Below, piece by piece: positions 38,518-48,949 of a stretch of DNA of 64,000 bases. Within the stretch, counting starts at the first letter, position 1. Each line of letters starts with the position of its first letter. A model generated the notes under the pieces. It saw only the letters and a program-made list of their open reading frames with translations, did not search any database and was not told where the DNA came from. The position numbers and the translations under genes are program-made. The stretch is from the NCBI RefSeq assembly GCF_964188315.1, contig NC_135658.1, positions 58,156,001 to 58,220,000 of the forward strand, in the 5' to 3' direction. The DNA comes from Podarcis muralis. Its lineage: Eukaryota.

Positions 38518-38615
38518 TGCTGAGTGGATGACTGCATATTTTTGGACTCTGAGAAAGGTTTGAAAACTCCTTCTCCTGTTAGTGTAATTTTTTGTGGGTC
38601 TGGAAGAGTTCCAGA

Positions 38616-41600
38616 ATGGTTGACCGGGTTCCTGAAGCTGAGAAGGCTCTGGTCTTCCCACAGCTAACAGATGAGAACTATAGTTTATGGTCTTTTCGGG
38701 TGGAGGCGCTTTTGACCTCTAGAGAAGTATGGACCTATGTAACTGATGACCCTCCTGACCCTGTAACTAATGCTTGGTCGAAAGGAGATGCAAAAGCCAG
38801 GGCGATAATTAATTTGGCAGTCAGCGACCAGCAAGTAGTCTATATAAGAAATAAGAAAACTGCCAAAGAAATGTGGGACAGTCTTGCAGCAGTGCATGTT
38901 AGAAAAGAGTCAGCATCTGCATTGACGTTTTTCAAGCAGTTGTACCAGACGAAGTTGCAGCCTGGTGGTGATTTGGCAGCACACTTGAGACGTCTGGAGG
39001 CAATACGCGGCGAATTAATTCGAAGGGACATGGAGATACCTGATATTCAGTATGTTTTTATCATCCTTTGTTCCCTTAATGAGGACTTTGATGGTGTAGC
39101 TAGCCAGATATCTGCTGTTCCACCAGCACAATTAACTGTGGAAGGGGTAACGGCAAGATTAATGGGCGAGTTGGATAGAAGGGAGGCTTGTGCCATAAGC
39201 ACTCCTATTTCCAGAAAGAATGAGGAACGCCATATGCAAACCTGTGGTGATACAACTGCATTTAAAGCTGCAAAGCGTTGTTGGTTCTGCAATAAGCAAG
39301 GACATTTTGCAAAGGACTGCAGAGCCAAAAGAAAGCAAAGTACTCCCAAGTCTGTTTCTGTTCGTCAGTCACGGTTGTCAGCCCAACAGCAGACATCGTA
39401 TAGTAAAGACAGAAACGAGCCGCGAGCTTTTCATGCTTGGACTACAAATCGTAAAAGAATTAAAGATGCCAAGTGGAAGTCTTTTATTATAGACTCTGGA
39501 GCATCTCAGCACATCTGCAATGATCGAAGCTTGTTTATTTCTTTCGAAGAGGAAATTGGTAATGTACATTTAGCCAATTCACAAGTCTTGCAGTCGCTTG
39601 GCAGAGGTACTGTTAAACTTGACTCTTTAAACATTACAATAGCAAACTGCATTTACTGCCCGTCAGTGGACAATTTATTGTCAGTAAGGTGCTTTGCTCG
39701 TCAAGGCATAACTGTGCGTTTCTTAAAATCAATGTGTGAGTTTTTTGATGGGAACAAACGTTTATTGTATGCCCGGGACTCTGATGGTTTATATAGACTG
39801 TATTTTCGCACCTACTCCCAATCGCCTATAAATTGCAGAGCAGCACAGTCAAGCCAGGGGTTGAGGAATGTAAGGCCTCATTCCGGGTGTGTCCATGAGG
39901 CGCACAGAATTCTGGGACACCTGAATTTTGCTGATGTAATTAAGACAAAGAATATCGTTAATGGCCTCAACTTAAAACCATGTAAATTCTTTATGCAATG
40001 TCTATCCTGTTGCAAGAATAAGATTAAGGTTGCACGCAAGGGTAGGTGCTCAGATAGGAAAGTAACTGAACCATTTGAGCGTGTACATTGTGATTTAGTT
40101 GGGCCACTCCCACCATCATTAGGAGGTTCTAAGTACTGGCTTACTCTGATAGACCAGTATAGTAGATACTGTTGGACTTATGCAATAGCTGAGAAGTCCC
40201 AAGCATTTGAAAAGTATAAAGTTTTTTGCAACTGGGTAAAAACGCACTTTAACAAACCAATTAAGAACCTATTTTCTGACCGGGGCGGGGAATTTGTTTC
40301 TGAGGATTTTGAGAAATTCCTGGAAGCGCAGGGGACTACTCATGAGTTATCTTGCCCCCGAAGTCCCTGGCAAAATGGGCTTGTTGAAGTTGTGCAGCGT
40401 GACCTACAGGCAGGGGTTAAAACGTATCTGCATGATGCTAATCTGCCCAAAGACTTTTGGGCTGAAGCACTTAATGCATTTTGTTACGTTAGAAATCGCA
40501 GTTATCATACTGGTTTAGATGTCACCCCCTATGAGAAACTGTTTAAAAAACGCCCTAATCTGAAATACCTCCGCATTTGGGGTTCAGATGTAATTATGCA
40601 TTATCCTGCTAAGCAAAAATTGGGTGAACGTAGTGTCCAGGGAAAATTAATGGGCTACCAGCAGGGGGCGTACAGAATTTACATACCAGCAACTGGCAAA
40701 TTTCATATTACCAGAAGCATGATACAAACTGTAAATTGGAATGGAGTTGCTATCTTCCAAGATACTGATGGTATAGATAATACTGAGGAAGAAGAGGAAG
40801 AAACAGCAGAAGAAGCAGCAGGAAATAGTGCTTCTGAATTAATGGGAAAAGACAAAAAGCCTGTTGAGTCTGATAAATTGTTTGATGATTTAAAGTCACA
40901 GGCACCCGAGGGGAGGTTAGATTCTCTTGATTTTTCTGACCGAGAGCTTAGCCTACAGGCACCTCTTCAATCTGACAATGATTTACAACCTGAAACTAGT
41001 GGTTTACTTAGTCCCATTAAGTCTGAGAAGTCTGACTCTCCTTCTGGACTGAGACGTTCAGATAGAAAGAGACAGAAGCCACAACGATTTGCAGATGAAC
41101 ATTTTAATACTGTGTATGCCAATAAGGTAGTTTTTGAGCCAAAAAGCTACAGTGATGTTCAGAAATTACCTAAGCAACAAGCTGCAAATTGGTATAAAGC
41201 TATGAACTCCGAGATAGCTTCTTTAAAAGAGCATAACACTTGGTCTCTTGTACCACAAACCCCAGATATGAGACTTATTGATTCGAAATGGGTTTATAGA
41301 GTTAAAACGAATGACAAAAATGAAGTTGTAAGGTACAAAGCAAGATTAGTTGCTAGGGGTTTTCAACAAATTCCAGGCGAAGATTATGATTTGTGTTATT
41401 CACCAAGCGTAAAATATGAAACAGTTAAGCTTTTGTTAAAAGATGCATCACAGCGTGGACATTCCGTTTATCACCTAGATATAAAAACTGCATATTTGTT
41501 TGCAGATTTAAAAGAACAAATTTTTATGCGTGTTCCTGAAGGCATAGACGCCGCTGAAGGTTTGGTATGCAAATTAAACAAATCCCTTTATGGTCTGCAC

Positions 41601-42680
41601 CAAAGTGGAAGGAATTGGCACCAAACTTTAGCAAAAGAATTGCTGGATATTGGTTTTTCACAAGGAAAGGCAGACAATTGTGTGTTCATAAAGGAAAAGG
41701 CAAACTCTGTAACAAAAATATGTGTGTATGTAGATGACGTATTAATTTCTACAAAAACTAAACAGGAATATGAACAGGTGGTATCACAGTTACAGAAGAA
41801 ATTTGATGTAGTGGAATTAGGCATAGCTAAAAATTACTTATCCATGCAAATTGAGAAAGGCAAAAATGGATCTTTTCTGGTTCATCAAACTGCAAAAATT
41901 GATGATCTTGTTGAAATGCTATGTTTAGAAAATGCAAATGGGAAGGAAACGCCTATGGTGTGTGGTTTCACCTTTACAGATGAAGACAAGCCATTTCCTA
42001 ACAAAACTTTGTATCGTTCTGCTATAGGCAAGCTAAATTTCATTCAAAGAATCTCAAGACCAGATATAACTTATGCTTTTCACTTTCTGGCAAAATTTGT
42101 GGAAAAGCCTACTACACAATGTTTCTCTGCTCTTAAGAGAGTGGTAATGTACCTTAAACATACCAAACATTATAGGTTGCAGTTTACAACATGTATTGAC
42201 AAAGGTTTTGAAATTTTCTGCGATGCATCTCATGCAATGGAACAAAATAATTGCAGGGGTGTGTCTGGTATGGTGTTTTGTTATAACGGTTGTCCATTTG
42301 AATGGAAGTCCCAAACACAAACCATTATTTGTCTCTCCACAACAGAAAGTGAATTATGTGCATGCGTTCAGGCCACTCGTGATGTAGAATGGTATCTGCA
42401 AGTGTTTGCAGACCTACAGATGCAAGTAACACTACCAGTAAAAGTTTACCTTGATTCCCAGAGTGGACTTGCTATCCTGTGCTCAGAGACCAATACGCAG
42501 CGCACTAAAGTCTTAAGGTTACGTTTAGAATTTGTAAAGCAACTAATTGCTGATGAAATGGTTGTATTTGAATATGTTCCTGGTGACAGTCAAATTGCGG
42601 ACATTTTTACAAAAGCACTTCCAAAGGTTACACATGAAAAACATGTGCAAAGTATGCTTTCTGTTTTTGTTCCACAATGA
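38616..42680 (+). CDS. Copia Gag-Pol polyprotein, 1354 aa, uninterrupted
   Basis: ATG in strong Kozak context (AGAATGG). Gag N-terminal LTDENYSLW; zinc knuckle CWFCNKQGHFAKDC; protease IIDSGAS; integrase HRILGH..CLSC and D-D-E (HCDL, SDRGGEF, NGLVE); RT YKARLVARG, HLDIKTAYL, LYGLHQS, YVDD; RNase H FCDAS, TTESE, YLDSQ, ADIFTK. Confidence 0.97.
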   Translation: MVDRVPEAEKALVFPQLTDENYSLWSFRVEALLTSREVWTYVTDDPPDPVTNAWSKGDAKARAIINLAVSDQQVVYIRNKKTAKEMWDSLAAVHVRKESASALTFFKQLYQTKLQPGGDLAAHLRRLEAIRGELIRRDMEIPDIQYVFIILCSLNEDFDGVASQISAVPPAQLTVEGVTARLMGELDRREACAISTPISRKNEERHMQTCGDTTAFKAAKRCWFCNKQGHFAKDCRAKRKQSTPKSVSVRQSRLSAQQQTSYSKDRNEPRAFHAWTTNRKRIKDAKWKSFIIDSGASQHICNDRSLFISFEEEIGNVHLANSQVLQSLGRGTVKLDSLNITIANCIYCPSVDNLLSVRCFARQGITVRFLKSMCEFFDGNKRLLYARDSDGLYRLYFRTYSQSPINCRAAQSSQGLRNVRPHSGCVHEAHRILGHLNFADVIKTKNIVNGLNLKPCKFFMQCLSCCKNKIKVARKGRCSDRKVTEPFERVHCDLVGPLPPSLGGSKYWLTLIDQYSRYCWTYAIAEKSQAFEKYKVFCNWVKTHFNKPIKNLFSDRGGEFVSEDFEKFLEAQGTTHELSCPRSPWQNGLVEVVQRDLQAGVKTYLHDANLPKDFWAEALNAFCYVRNRSYHTGLDVTPYEKLFKKRPNLKYLRIWGSDVIMHYPAKQKLGERSVQGKLMGYQQGAYRIYIPATGKFHITRSMIQTVNWNGVAIFQDTDGIDNTEEEEEETAEEAAGNSASELMGKDKKPVESDKLFDDLKSQAPEGRLDSLDFSDRELSLQAPLQSDNDLQPETSGLLSPIKSEKSDSPSGLRRSDRKRQKPQRFADEHFNTVYANKVVFEPKSYSDVQKLPKQQAANWYKAMNSEIASLKEHNTWSLVPQTPDMRLIDSKWVYRVKTNDKNEVVRYKARLVARGFQQIPGEDYDLCYSPSVKYETVKLLLKDASQRGHSVYHLDIKTAYLFADLKEQIFMRVPEGIDAAEGLVCKLNKSLYGLHQSGRNWHQTLAKELLDIGFSQGKADNCVFIKEKANSVTKICVYVDDVLISTKTKQEYEQVVSQLQKKFDVVELGIAKNYLSMQIEKGKNGSFLVHQTAKIDDLVEMLCLENANGKETPMVCGFTFTDEDKPFPNKTLYRSAIGKLNFIQRISRPDITYAFHFLAKFVEKPTTQCFSALKRVVMYLKHTKHYRLQFTTCIDKGFEIFCDASHAMEQNNCRGVSGMVFCYNGCPFEWKSQTQTIICLSTTESELCACVQATRDVEWYLQVFADLQMQVTLPVKVYLDSQSGLAILCSETNTQRTKVLRLRLEFVKQLIADEMVVFEYVPGDSQIADIFTKALPKVTHEKHVQSMLSVFVPQ

Positions 42681-42696
42681 TGAACCGCAGGGGAAA

Positions 42697-43068
42697 TGTT
42701 GAATGGTTTCTTTAAATGTAAAGGTTCATCATTGTTCCACTCAATGTGTATGTCTTTAAGGGGCCAGAGCAAGATAACGAGACCCAACTTTAAAGCTGTG
42801 AAACATAGCAGGTGCTGCTGAGTTGTATTTGATTAAGGTGTGTCAGCATTTGGGTTTAGTATATAAGGAGCAGCACCTAGCTCTCCCATTACCCTGGGGT
42901 TTGGGTTGGTGGTTGGGTCTGGTTTGTTGTTAATGTATTTAGTGTAAATGGAGTTTTTGTTTTTCTTATTAAAACCTTGTTTAAGTTATTTTTGAGTCCT
43001 TTTCATTTTTAATGCATGATCTCCCCAGCAAGCTATCTGCAGCGCTACCATACTGCAAATAGCCAACA
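42697..43068 (+). repeat. 3' LTR (372 bp, TGTTG...CAACA)
   Basis: Perfect 5-bp terminal inverted repeat, preceded by the purine tract AGGGGAAA (42689-42696). Confidence 0.96.
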
Positions 43069-44635
43069 GAACTCAGAAGGCTAATGCAATTAAAACTGCT
43101 CATTGCTGCAAATTCTGGATATGATTGGTGATGACAAAGCAATAACCTATTAGTGATTTTGAGTATAACCTATTATTAGAGTGAAGCAAAATTACAAATG
43201 AAAAGACTAATAATCATCCAAATGATTAATTGCCACCTGCCACTGCCACCTGAATAGCGTCCCCAGAGAGCTGAAGAATGTAAAAATGTAAGTACTATCC
43301 TCGATCAGATGAAAAGTCCACCTGTCTCCAAAGTAACCAGCCAGATGCTTCTAAGAAGTCCACAAAGAAGGCATGGGGGTGGTAGCCCTTCTCTGTTTTG
43401 TCCCACAGCAACTGACATTTGGAACCACAGCTCTAGCCCTGGAAAATAGTGTGCAGTACATCCATCATGACCAGCAGCCATTGACAGCCCTTACCTGGTT
43501 CTACCTATCATTTGTTCTGGCTCCAACTATTGGTAGTCTCCCTGTCTTCTGCTCTACAAATGCCAATGGGCACCAGCCACCCATGGAACACACAGAAAGC
43601 TCAATGCCAGATTTCATGAGAGAACCTTCTGAAGTGACTTTCTTCAGAACATAGGAGCATAGAAAGCTGGGTCAGATTATTGGTCCATGCAGCTCTGTAT
43701 TACCTACAGTGACTTGTAGCAGTTGTCCAGGGTTTCAGGCAGAAGTCCTTCGCCTCCCTACTTGGAGATGCCAAGGATTGATCCTGGGACCTTCTGATGT
43801 TCTAGCACTGAGCTACTGGTCTTCCTGAAATACCAACTTTGAATCTTATTCAAATCCAATGCAGAACCTAGCTAGTAGTGTCATACTAATTTGTTATGTG
43901 ACAGAGTAACAAGTGCTAGATTTGGGCAGTATATTACCGAACTTTAAAAATAAAATAGAAAATTAACATTTATTATCCAGCTCCCTAGGGAAGATACTCA
44001 GAATTAAATCTGCGCTTTAGATAATTTAGTGTTTAATGATATTAAATATTATGCAAGTATATGATCATTAAAGCAATATTACCCCATGGAAGTTTGCTAA
44101 AAATACACCTTTGATCTGCTGACTATCTTCCCCAGCTGGAGCAGACCTTAATCTCTACAAGAAAACTGACATCTAAGAACAGATCCAATTCCACTAATCC
44201 AAGGAATGCATCAGTATCATAGCCTTCTAGACAGGAAATGTTATTCTGGGATCTGCATATGACAAGGAGAAAGAAATGCTGAGAAAGAAATGGGGCTTTT
44301 GGGAACAGCCCTGTAGAACCTCAAGGCTGACAACACTAGCGGTGCATCTGCTTTCACATCCTGAGAGCCGCCTGAAATCACAAAAACCTTTTCCTTTGTT
44401 GCGAACAAGTAAGTCATTTTTTAAAGAGAGTTTGGTGCTTCTCCTCTTCGTAGTTGCTGGGGACAAAATCCTTCTGCTATCTAGAAGACTTGCTTCTAAA
44501 GCAAAGTATGTACAGATCCCATGTATTGCCTTCTGTAGACAACGCTGTTGAAAAGATGTGGCATTTAGGACCACAGGACTGCAACAGCCGTCAGAACAGG
44601 TATGCCAGTTTCCTTTGATCCCACACGGAACAGAA

Positions 44636-45064
44636 CAGAGCCGGCCCTCCCATGACACGGGGTGAAGCACTTGCTTCAGGCGGCAGAAGTGCAAGAGGCA
44701 GTGCTCTGCTCGCCCACCCCACTTCCACTGCTGAGAGGGAGGTGTTCTGGCATGTGGCGTTGCCAGTCATCTTCCCCAGCCCCGGGCAGAGAAGCCCACC
44801 AAGAGGCAAAGCTTGGAGGAGTTCACTGGCTCCTGCCAGGATTGGCGATAGCTGGGGTGTCCCTGCTTGTCAGTTGCCACTTGGCTCCCCCCACCCTGGG
44901 GTGGGAGGAGGAAGCTGATTGGCAACACTTGGAGGAGCGGCCCAGCTCCCACCGAGACTGGTGAGAACCAGGGTGCCACAGCAGTGGAAGTGGAGTGTGG
45001 TAGGTGGGGCCAGGAGGAAGCAATTCTTTTGCCTCAGGTGGCAAAACAGGATGAGCCACCCCTG
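44636..45064. mobile_element. GC-rich hAT-like MITE
   Basis: Ends CAGAGCCGGCCCT ... GAGCCACCCCTG. Degenerate 8-bp flanks GAACAGAA / TAACAGAG. Confidence 0.55.
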
Positions 45065-46573
45065 TAACAGAGCCATATACGTAAGTGACCAAAAGCAGAA
45101 TTGTATACAGATTTGGGATGAATAGTCTAAAGGTCCTCAGATCACCCTTGGATCACTAGTGTCATCAGAGCCCTCCCTAGAACTGATAGAATCTGAGGGT
45201 CCTTCCAGATCTGGACAATTTAGCAGCACCCAGTCATTGCTTTAAGCTGGAACAGGAACAGCAACTTTGCTTCCAGACTTCTGGTGCTATATTTGGGGAC
45301 ACTGCATAGCTATTCCAGCTAAGTTTAAAAAGTATTGTCTTCTAAGAGGTGGGGGAGCAGAAGTCAATCAGGGAAAACCTGAGAGGGCAAAGTTCTCAGC
45401 ATACAGGAAGTGAAATAATCTGATATTGCACATCATATTATATGAATGTCTTTCTGTTAGAGTTTTTTGAAGTTGTTTTGGGGGAGTAAATGCATGAATA
45501 CATTGCTTTAAGCATTTTATAAATATTTCATAATCCAAAATTTCAATTTTCCTGTTTTTTTGGGGGGTGGAGCAGGCAAAAAAGCTTTAGAAAAAAATGG
45601 GAAGGGGAGTGTTTTTTGTATTAAAGGGGGATTTTTTTTGCAGGCCTTCACATCTCTAGCTACAGCCAGCACACCCAATGGTCAGGAGCAATGGGAGCTG
45701 TTGTCCAGTAACAACTGGAGGGCCACAGGTCCCCCATGCCTGTTCAAGGCCATGTGCCATACATGAGATTTATGTTCCAAGCAGCTACCTCTAAAATTCC
45801 ACTCAGCTTTATGCATAAAACTTTCTTTTTCTGTCAGCAAACCAGACCTCAACAGTTCCCATGGTGACTTTCAGGGATGCAGCATTTAAAAGGAAATATC
45901 TCCACCACCACAAAAATGGTTCTGGGCACAGAGTTTTCTCTGGTGACCTCTCTCCATTGTGGTTACAGCAGGCTGCTCCTTTCCTTAAATCATCAGCAGT
46001 TCCACTCTTCATTGCAGGGACTCTGCCTTCTCCTTTCTTAAAAAGCACTTAGTTCAGTGTGAGTGAACCCACAAACTAAATAATAAATGGGGAATAATAA
46101 AGCAGATGCAAGGTGATGAGCAAAGATAAAATAAGTTTTCTTTTAAAATTTAACAGAAAGTGCAGCAGACTCAGAATAGAGCATGATTCACAAAGCATTA
46201 CAAAATACATTATTAAAACAGAGGGGGAAATCACTCCAAACATGCTGGGAAAATAACTTATTAACCAAACACAATCAGAACTATTTCAGACCTGTAGCTT
46301 TTTTAGACCACCCTGAATACACCATCTCCCTATCTGCTTTGATATTGTGCAGAACTAAATGTCTTGTTCTTTATTTGCACAGGAACCCTGAAGGTAGGTA
46401 ATTTAGACTCCATTTTATCTTAACAATCCAACCTTTATTGAGTTTTGGATTTCTCCACAATTAACTCTAATGAGTCACAAGACCCAAAGAACTTGGGTTG
46501 AGAAATGTCATAGCAGTTCCTCCATAGTTAAACAGGGCTGAAAATGTATGTTCGTGTGTCAGCAGGGGTACTT

Positions 46574-46686
46574 CATAGAATCATAAAAACACAGAATGGT
46601 AGAGTTGGAAGTGACATACATGACAGATGGCCATCCAACCTCTGCTTAGAAACCTCCAGGGAATGAGAGCCCACCACCTTCAGAGG
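46574..46686 (-). mobile_element. CR1 3' end fragment
   Basis: catagaatcat tail and 'gatggccatccaacctctgcttagaaacctccagg'. Confidence 0.7.
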
Positions 46687-46918
46687 GAAGAAGAAGAAGA
46701 GGAGTTTGGATTTGATATCCCGCTTTATCACTACCTGAAGGAGTCTCAAAGCAGCTAAGAGTCTCTATTCCCTTCCTCCCCTACAACAAACACTGTGAGG
46801 TGAGTGGGGCTGAGAGACTTCAAAGAAGTGTGACTAGCCCAAGGTCACCCAGCAGCTGCATGTGGAGGAGCGGGGAAGCGAACCCGGTTCACCAGGTTAC
46901 GAGTCCACCGCTCTTAAC
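46687..46918 (-). mobile_element. tRNA-derived CORE-type SINE with (TTC)n tail
   Basis: B-box-like 'ccgggttcgcttcccc' on the minus strand, CORE-like 'gtgaccttgggctagtcac', (GAA)n on +. Confidence 0.75.
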
Positions 46919-47959
46919 TGGTCTTGTTCCCAGAAAATCCCTTCAGCATCCCTTCAGTTAGGTAGCACATACCTGGGGAATGCAGTCTGGCACCTGAGAT
47001 GTTACATTCAATTTTTGCATATTCATTCATTCCTTGGTCAGCTGAAGAAAGGGCTCTCTTTCACAAGACCTCTCAAGACAAAAAGCCTTTTAAAACACTG
47101 CTTTCTCCATTGTTTTTCATCTAAATGCAATATTTTATTTAGAAATATATTTTAGGAAGATATATTCAGAGCCAGTGTGATGGTGTCAGTGAACAGGGTG
47201 ATGGTGTCCGTGAACAGGGATGGCCTAGTACTGCAAAGACCCAGATTTTAATCCCGTGCTCGGCCATAAAGCAACCTTAGTGACCTTGGGCCAGGGACTC
47301 TCTTGGTTTAACCAGCACTGCCCAGAGTTCCTTGCAGGAAGAGTGGCATACAGTTGCAAGAAGTAAATAAATATCAAGCCAAATTTAAAATAATGTTAAA
47401 AAAGATCATTGAAGATAAGAGAAACAACAATAGATTCAATAAGGAGAGCTATGGGAAGACAGGAAGATTTTTTGTATTAAGTCCAACAGTTGATCCATTT
47501 AGGACAATACTGGGTGTGCTGGATTGAAATGGCTCTCTAGGGGTCTCACTCAGCCTTACCTGGAAATGTGGGGGGTTGAAACTGGGATTTTCTGTTTGCA
47601 AAGCAAATGTTCTACTGCGGAGCTGTGGCCCTTCTGCTATCTAGAGGGCTATTTAAATAACACAAAATCTTTAAACATTTAGGCAGGAAAACAATGTTGT
47701 TATAAGTATGCCCAAACAAATAAAGAAGAATTTAAGAAGAGAGAATCAATATTCGTAAAAAATCACAAGCTATAAACAGTAATGTATGTTTGAGAGAGAA
47801 AAGTAAGCATAATTTGTAGACAAATAAAAAGAAAATAATTCAAATACTCTAATGCCAAAAGTTTACACAGCCACACTCTATCATGAATATCTACTGGTAA
47901 TTATCACACAACCTTACATTATTATAGAGCTCTTGTTATTGGCATCTGTTTGTCTTGAG

Positions 47960-48615
47960 AGACAATGGAATGTGCCTCTGGGGGTGAAGTCAAACCGCCT
48001 CGTTGGCAACACCAGAGTGACCTTTCCAGGGCACAAGTCTGGGCAGTGTGTATGGAGGTCCTGGGCTGCCCAGACAACAAGAACCCACTCTCGGTCTCAC
48101 TTACGTAGTCCAAAGGAAAGTAGAGCAATACATTTGATGCCAGGAGTTGCCAGAGAGACGTACAAGGCACTATCCAAGTGTTTTAGGGATTCCATTCCAG
48201 ATTTGTGTAGGGTTTACTCCTTAGCCTTTTCTCCTCCCAAAGATATCCTTAAAGGCAGTGGAGGTTTGGTATCAGACCTTCCTTCCCAGGTCAATGAGCC
48301 CCATCTGCCCCTCACTTCCCTCTACACTGTGCAAAAACCACCTTCTTGACCATTGGACCCACTATTGGTCTCATCCACTCAATCCTCCAGAGCCTGTCTT
48401 CAAGTGCAGGGGCGCCTCTAACTCACCAAGGGCTTGAGACCCATCAGCTACCAGTCAAAGCCATTCCTAGGATGTGGCTGCTGTCACACACAGACAGCTT
48501 CTAGGAGCCACAGGGTGAGAGCTGAGAGCAGGGTGATGACCAAAGGTGGACGAACTACCTCAGAAAGAGCATGATGTGTTTCCCACCAGAGGTACTACCT
48601 CTCCCTGACACCCCA
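47960..48615 (-). mobile_element. Probable RTE-clade LINE 5'UTR fragment
   Basis: Resembles, from recall only, the reverse complement of reptile RTE/BovB-like 5'UTRs ('gggtttactccttagccttttc...aagatatcc..aaggcag.ggagg'). Confidence 0.4.
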
Positions 48616-48621
48616 TATACC

Positions 48622-48949
48622 CAGTGGCGGAGCAACCCTCTCCGGCACCCGGGGGAGGGCAGCCCGTACAGTGTGCATGTTGGGCATCCTGTATAGACTG
48701 TGCATGTGCAGCATCCCATACGGAGTGTGCACATGTGGCACCCTGTACGGATGCCCATATGGACGGCGCGTGTGAGAGGCAGCCCATACGGACAGTGCGC
48801 AAGAGTGGCAGCCTGTACGGATGCCACATGAGCGGTGCCCATATGGACTGTGCGTGCCCTCGGCCGCTCTATAGCTGGGGGGAGGCGGGGCCATCTTATC
48901 ACCCCGAGTGGCACCCGGAGCGGCCCACCCCCCACTTTGTACGCCGCTG
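48622..48949. mobile_element. hAT-type MITE carrying an internal ~24-bp degenerate minisatellite
   Basis: CAGTGGCGGAGC ... TACGCCGCTG, TSD CATATACC / CATACACC (7/8). Repeated 'ggcagcccgtacggactgtgcatgt'-like units at about 48657-48860. Confidence 0.7.

Larger units (their letters stand above)
38128..43068 (+). mobile_element. Full-length Ty1/copia LTR retrotransposon
   Basis: Two LTRs at a constant 4571-bp offset, PBS, single gag-pol ORF in copia order (PR-IN-RT-RH), short purine tract just before the 3' LTR. Confidence 0.97.

Noticed and set aside
38592-38615. TTG start used by the ORF track for the copia ORF
   Set aside because: The in-frame ATG at 38616 has a strong Kozak context and is the plausible eukaryotic start.
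44454-44599. Additional exon candidate (CTTCGTAG|...CAG|GTATGC) with an open frame
   Set aside because: The intron from the 44408 donor would be only 45 nt, too short for vertebrates, and its phase does not fit the A-B-D model.
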